Of a stretch of DNA of 64,000 nucleotides, positions 22,711-64,000 are shown in pieces. The notes below the pieces were generated by a model. It worked only from the letters and a program-made list of their open reading frames with translations, searched no databases and was not told where the DNA came from. Source of the DNA: Lingula anatina (Eukaryota; Animalia; Brachiopoda). A program made the translations under genes and the position numbers. Each line of letters starts with the position of its first letter. Position 1 is the first letter of the stretch. The DNA lies in NCBI GenBank assembly GCA_051362555.1, contig CM120640.1:69542788-69606787 (forward strand), in the 5' to 3' direction.

Positions 22711-23046
22711 GACGTCACATCAATAAAATTTTGACAAACATCAGAAAGCAAGGAACTAATCTCAAATCAAGACCAAATTTAATAATTAAAAAATATAAAA
22801 ACATTAATGTCCGTTCTTTGACAAGAAGCCTTTTATAAAACTAACTTTTCTGGACCGAGAAAGGATTTCTCTTGCGTGACCTCATTTTACGATGGAAAGT
22901 GGTCACATGATCAAAATTAGTTCAAGGTGTACTGGAGCGGAGTGGAAGTTTGTTTTCTGACTCATTCCAATTATTTCACAAGGATTTCGGAGATTTCTAA
23001 CAATAAAACGATTCAGAATGTCGAAGTGATTGACTCTTCATAAACA
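22700..23046. promoter_or_regulatory. Bidirectional promoter region shared by RECQL (-) and MYRF (+)
   Basis: Divergent first exons about 350 bp apart; palindromic CRE TGACGTCA at 22710-22717, E-box GGTCACATGA at 22901-22910, GGAAGT ETS-like site, and local CpG enrichment. Confidence 0.65.
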
Positions 23047-62209
<39,163 letters not shown>

Positions 62210-64000
62210 AGTCCAAGTATGGTAAGTTTTTTTTCTTTTTGAGAGCATTTAAGATACAACTTTCATGATGTTTTTTTCACTGTCTCACAGTATTATGTGT
62301 GTTTTGGTTTTCTTATAAGTCAAGATTCAAAAAAAAAGAAATGTAACATACTCAAAAGATTCCATCATTGCTTTAAAAACTACATACTTTTATTAAATAA
62401 AATAGAAAAAGGTAGTTGTATACTGCATGAAAATTATTCTTCATTACAATGGATAGCTAAGGAACCACTCATGATTTATTTTAAAGAAAGGATGGCAAGT
62501 GAAAGTAGTGAGCATAACCTCTGTAAAAATTGTTTTCACCTGTTGTTTACCCCGCAAACCACTATTTCACAACCAATGCACATATCTTCCAGTTTAGAAG
62601 TTTGTTTTCATTTTTCACACAAAACTTACTTCATACAGACTCAGTTGGTATTATTTCATGAAATCTACTTTTCTCTCTGTTTCTAGGACCTTTGAGAATC
62701 AAAATATGTTGGCATTTATGCTACAGTAGCACCATATACCTAGAGCACCTGTAGCAGGACTAACGTCGGCCCAGACCAGGAGGAGGCAATGGGAACCTCG
62801 GAACATCAAACAGTTCTCTATGATAATACTGGTCATCATTATGCACTCTGCAACATTGCTGCCAAACAGTGTTCATCTGGCTTCTGTCCCCGTGTTGACT
62901 TCAAGTCTTTATGTATATATATGTTAATAGAGATATCACAGAAATCATCAGGAGTTCTACCTGTTTGTCTAGGATAATAAAACACATGGGCACTTTGATT
63001 TGTTAAGTAAGGAATAACAGATTTTGTCTTGAAAAGATAATTGTATTTTCTTAAAGTATGTTACTCTCAAGATGTAAAATGATATTTGAAAGACAAAAAG
63101 GACTGTGAAGATTGTAAATAGTTCCCTTATGCAGGGTTTTAATATCTGGCAGACATAATTGTATCTTAATCCTAGTTTCTTGGTAGCTATGATAGAGATA
63201 ACAGATAACACGGTGTGTGATTATGCCATAACATATGACAGAAATTGTGGATAAAATGTATTGTTTTAACAATTGTATTGTGATGGGTAGCAGTGTCAAA
63301 GTGAAAGTTATCACCACTGGGAAGTGTAAGGATTGATTGAGAAGGGTTATTTTCTTAGAAGTTTTAACTCTAGTTAAAACTAGAGATCTGATCTGATCTG
63401 GTTATATTTTATTTGGCAAATGAAGGACAATTTGAAAGTAATTTTCATCTCTGCACCTTGTCTGTTCAAAGTAATTGTTGTTTCATTGTACAAGATAGGA
63501 TGTCCTAACATGGAGCTTGTGATCTAGAGAACCAGAAAAACTCAAAAATACGTATATATATATATATATAATTAGTCTGTTTTGTGTAATATTTGCTTCT
63601 AATTTTGAATATTATCTATCAAATCACAATTATGGTTTTTTATTTGTACATAAAATCCTCACAATTTTATAAAATGTTAAATGAAGTTAAGCTCTTTAAT
63701 GAAGAGTAAATTTACTGGATTATCATAATAACAATGTGTGCTAAAATATTTAAGAAGTATACTTTAGATGTTGCATTTAATATGCACAAATTTGGTGAGA
63801 GAGGTGCCACCACCAATAACTGTGTGATCAAAGATCACAAGCTGAAAAGGGCAGTGACCTCATAAAATATAGCAACATATAAATATGGTTGTGTTTCATT
63901 AAAGTACATGTATGACAATTTTGAGATATCAATGTTGATTGTGTCTCTGCTGCACCATCTATCAGAAAAAGCATTTGAGTCATTTACAACTTGCAATATT

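Overview
AT-rich, intron-rich animal DNA, probably a lophotrochozoan such as a mollusc (inferred from gene style and repeats, not provable from this window). Five protein-coding genes were rebuilt by hand with phase-consistent GT-AG splicing. (1) The last four exons of an MNK/MKNK kinase (+, 5936-8406). (2, 3) Two secreted coiled-coil protein genes on the minus strand, apparently nested in an MNK intron: a heavily N-glycosylated coiled-coil plus C-type lectin protein (<1-2426) and a 226-aa orphan (3916-4596). They look like distant paralogues, with heptad-multiple indels between matching blocks. (4) A complete RECQL/RecQ1 helicase (-, 11573-18976, about 936 aa) with a long C-terminal tail. (5) A complete MYRF (+, 23047-62209, about 1138 aa), head-to-head with RECQL. 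The most unusual items are a 33-bp minisatellite in RECQL that amplifies an exon end plus splice donor about 22 times in frame, gated by one TAG; the nested secreted pair; two tandem Cys-motif exons in the MYRF luminal region; candidate internal MYRF first exons; and a non-autonomous Harbinger element carrying promoter-like motifs. Several MITEs and simple repeats are also present.
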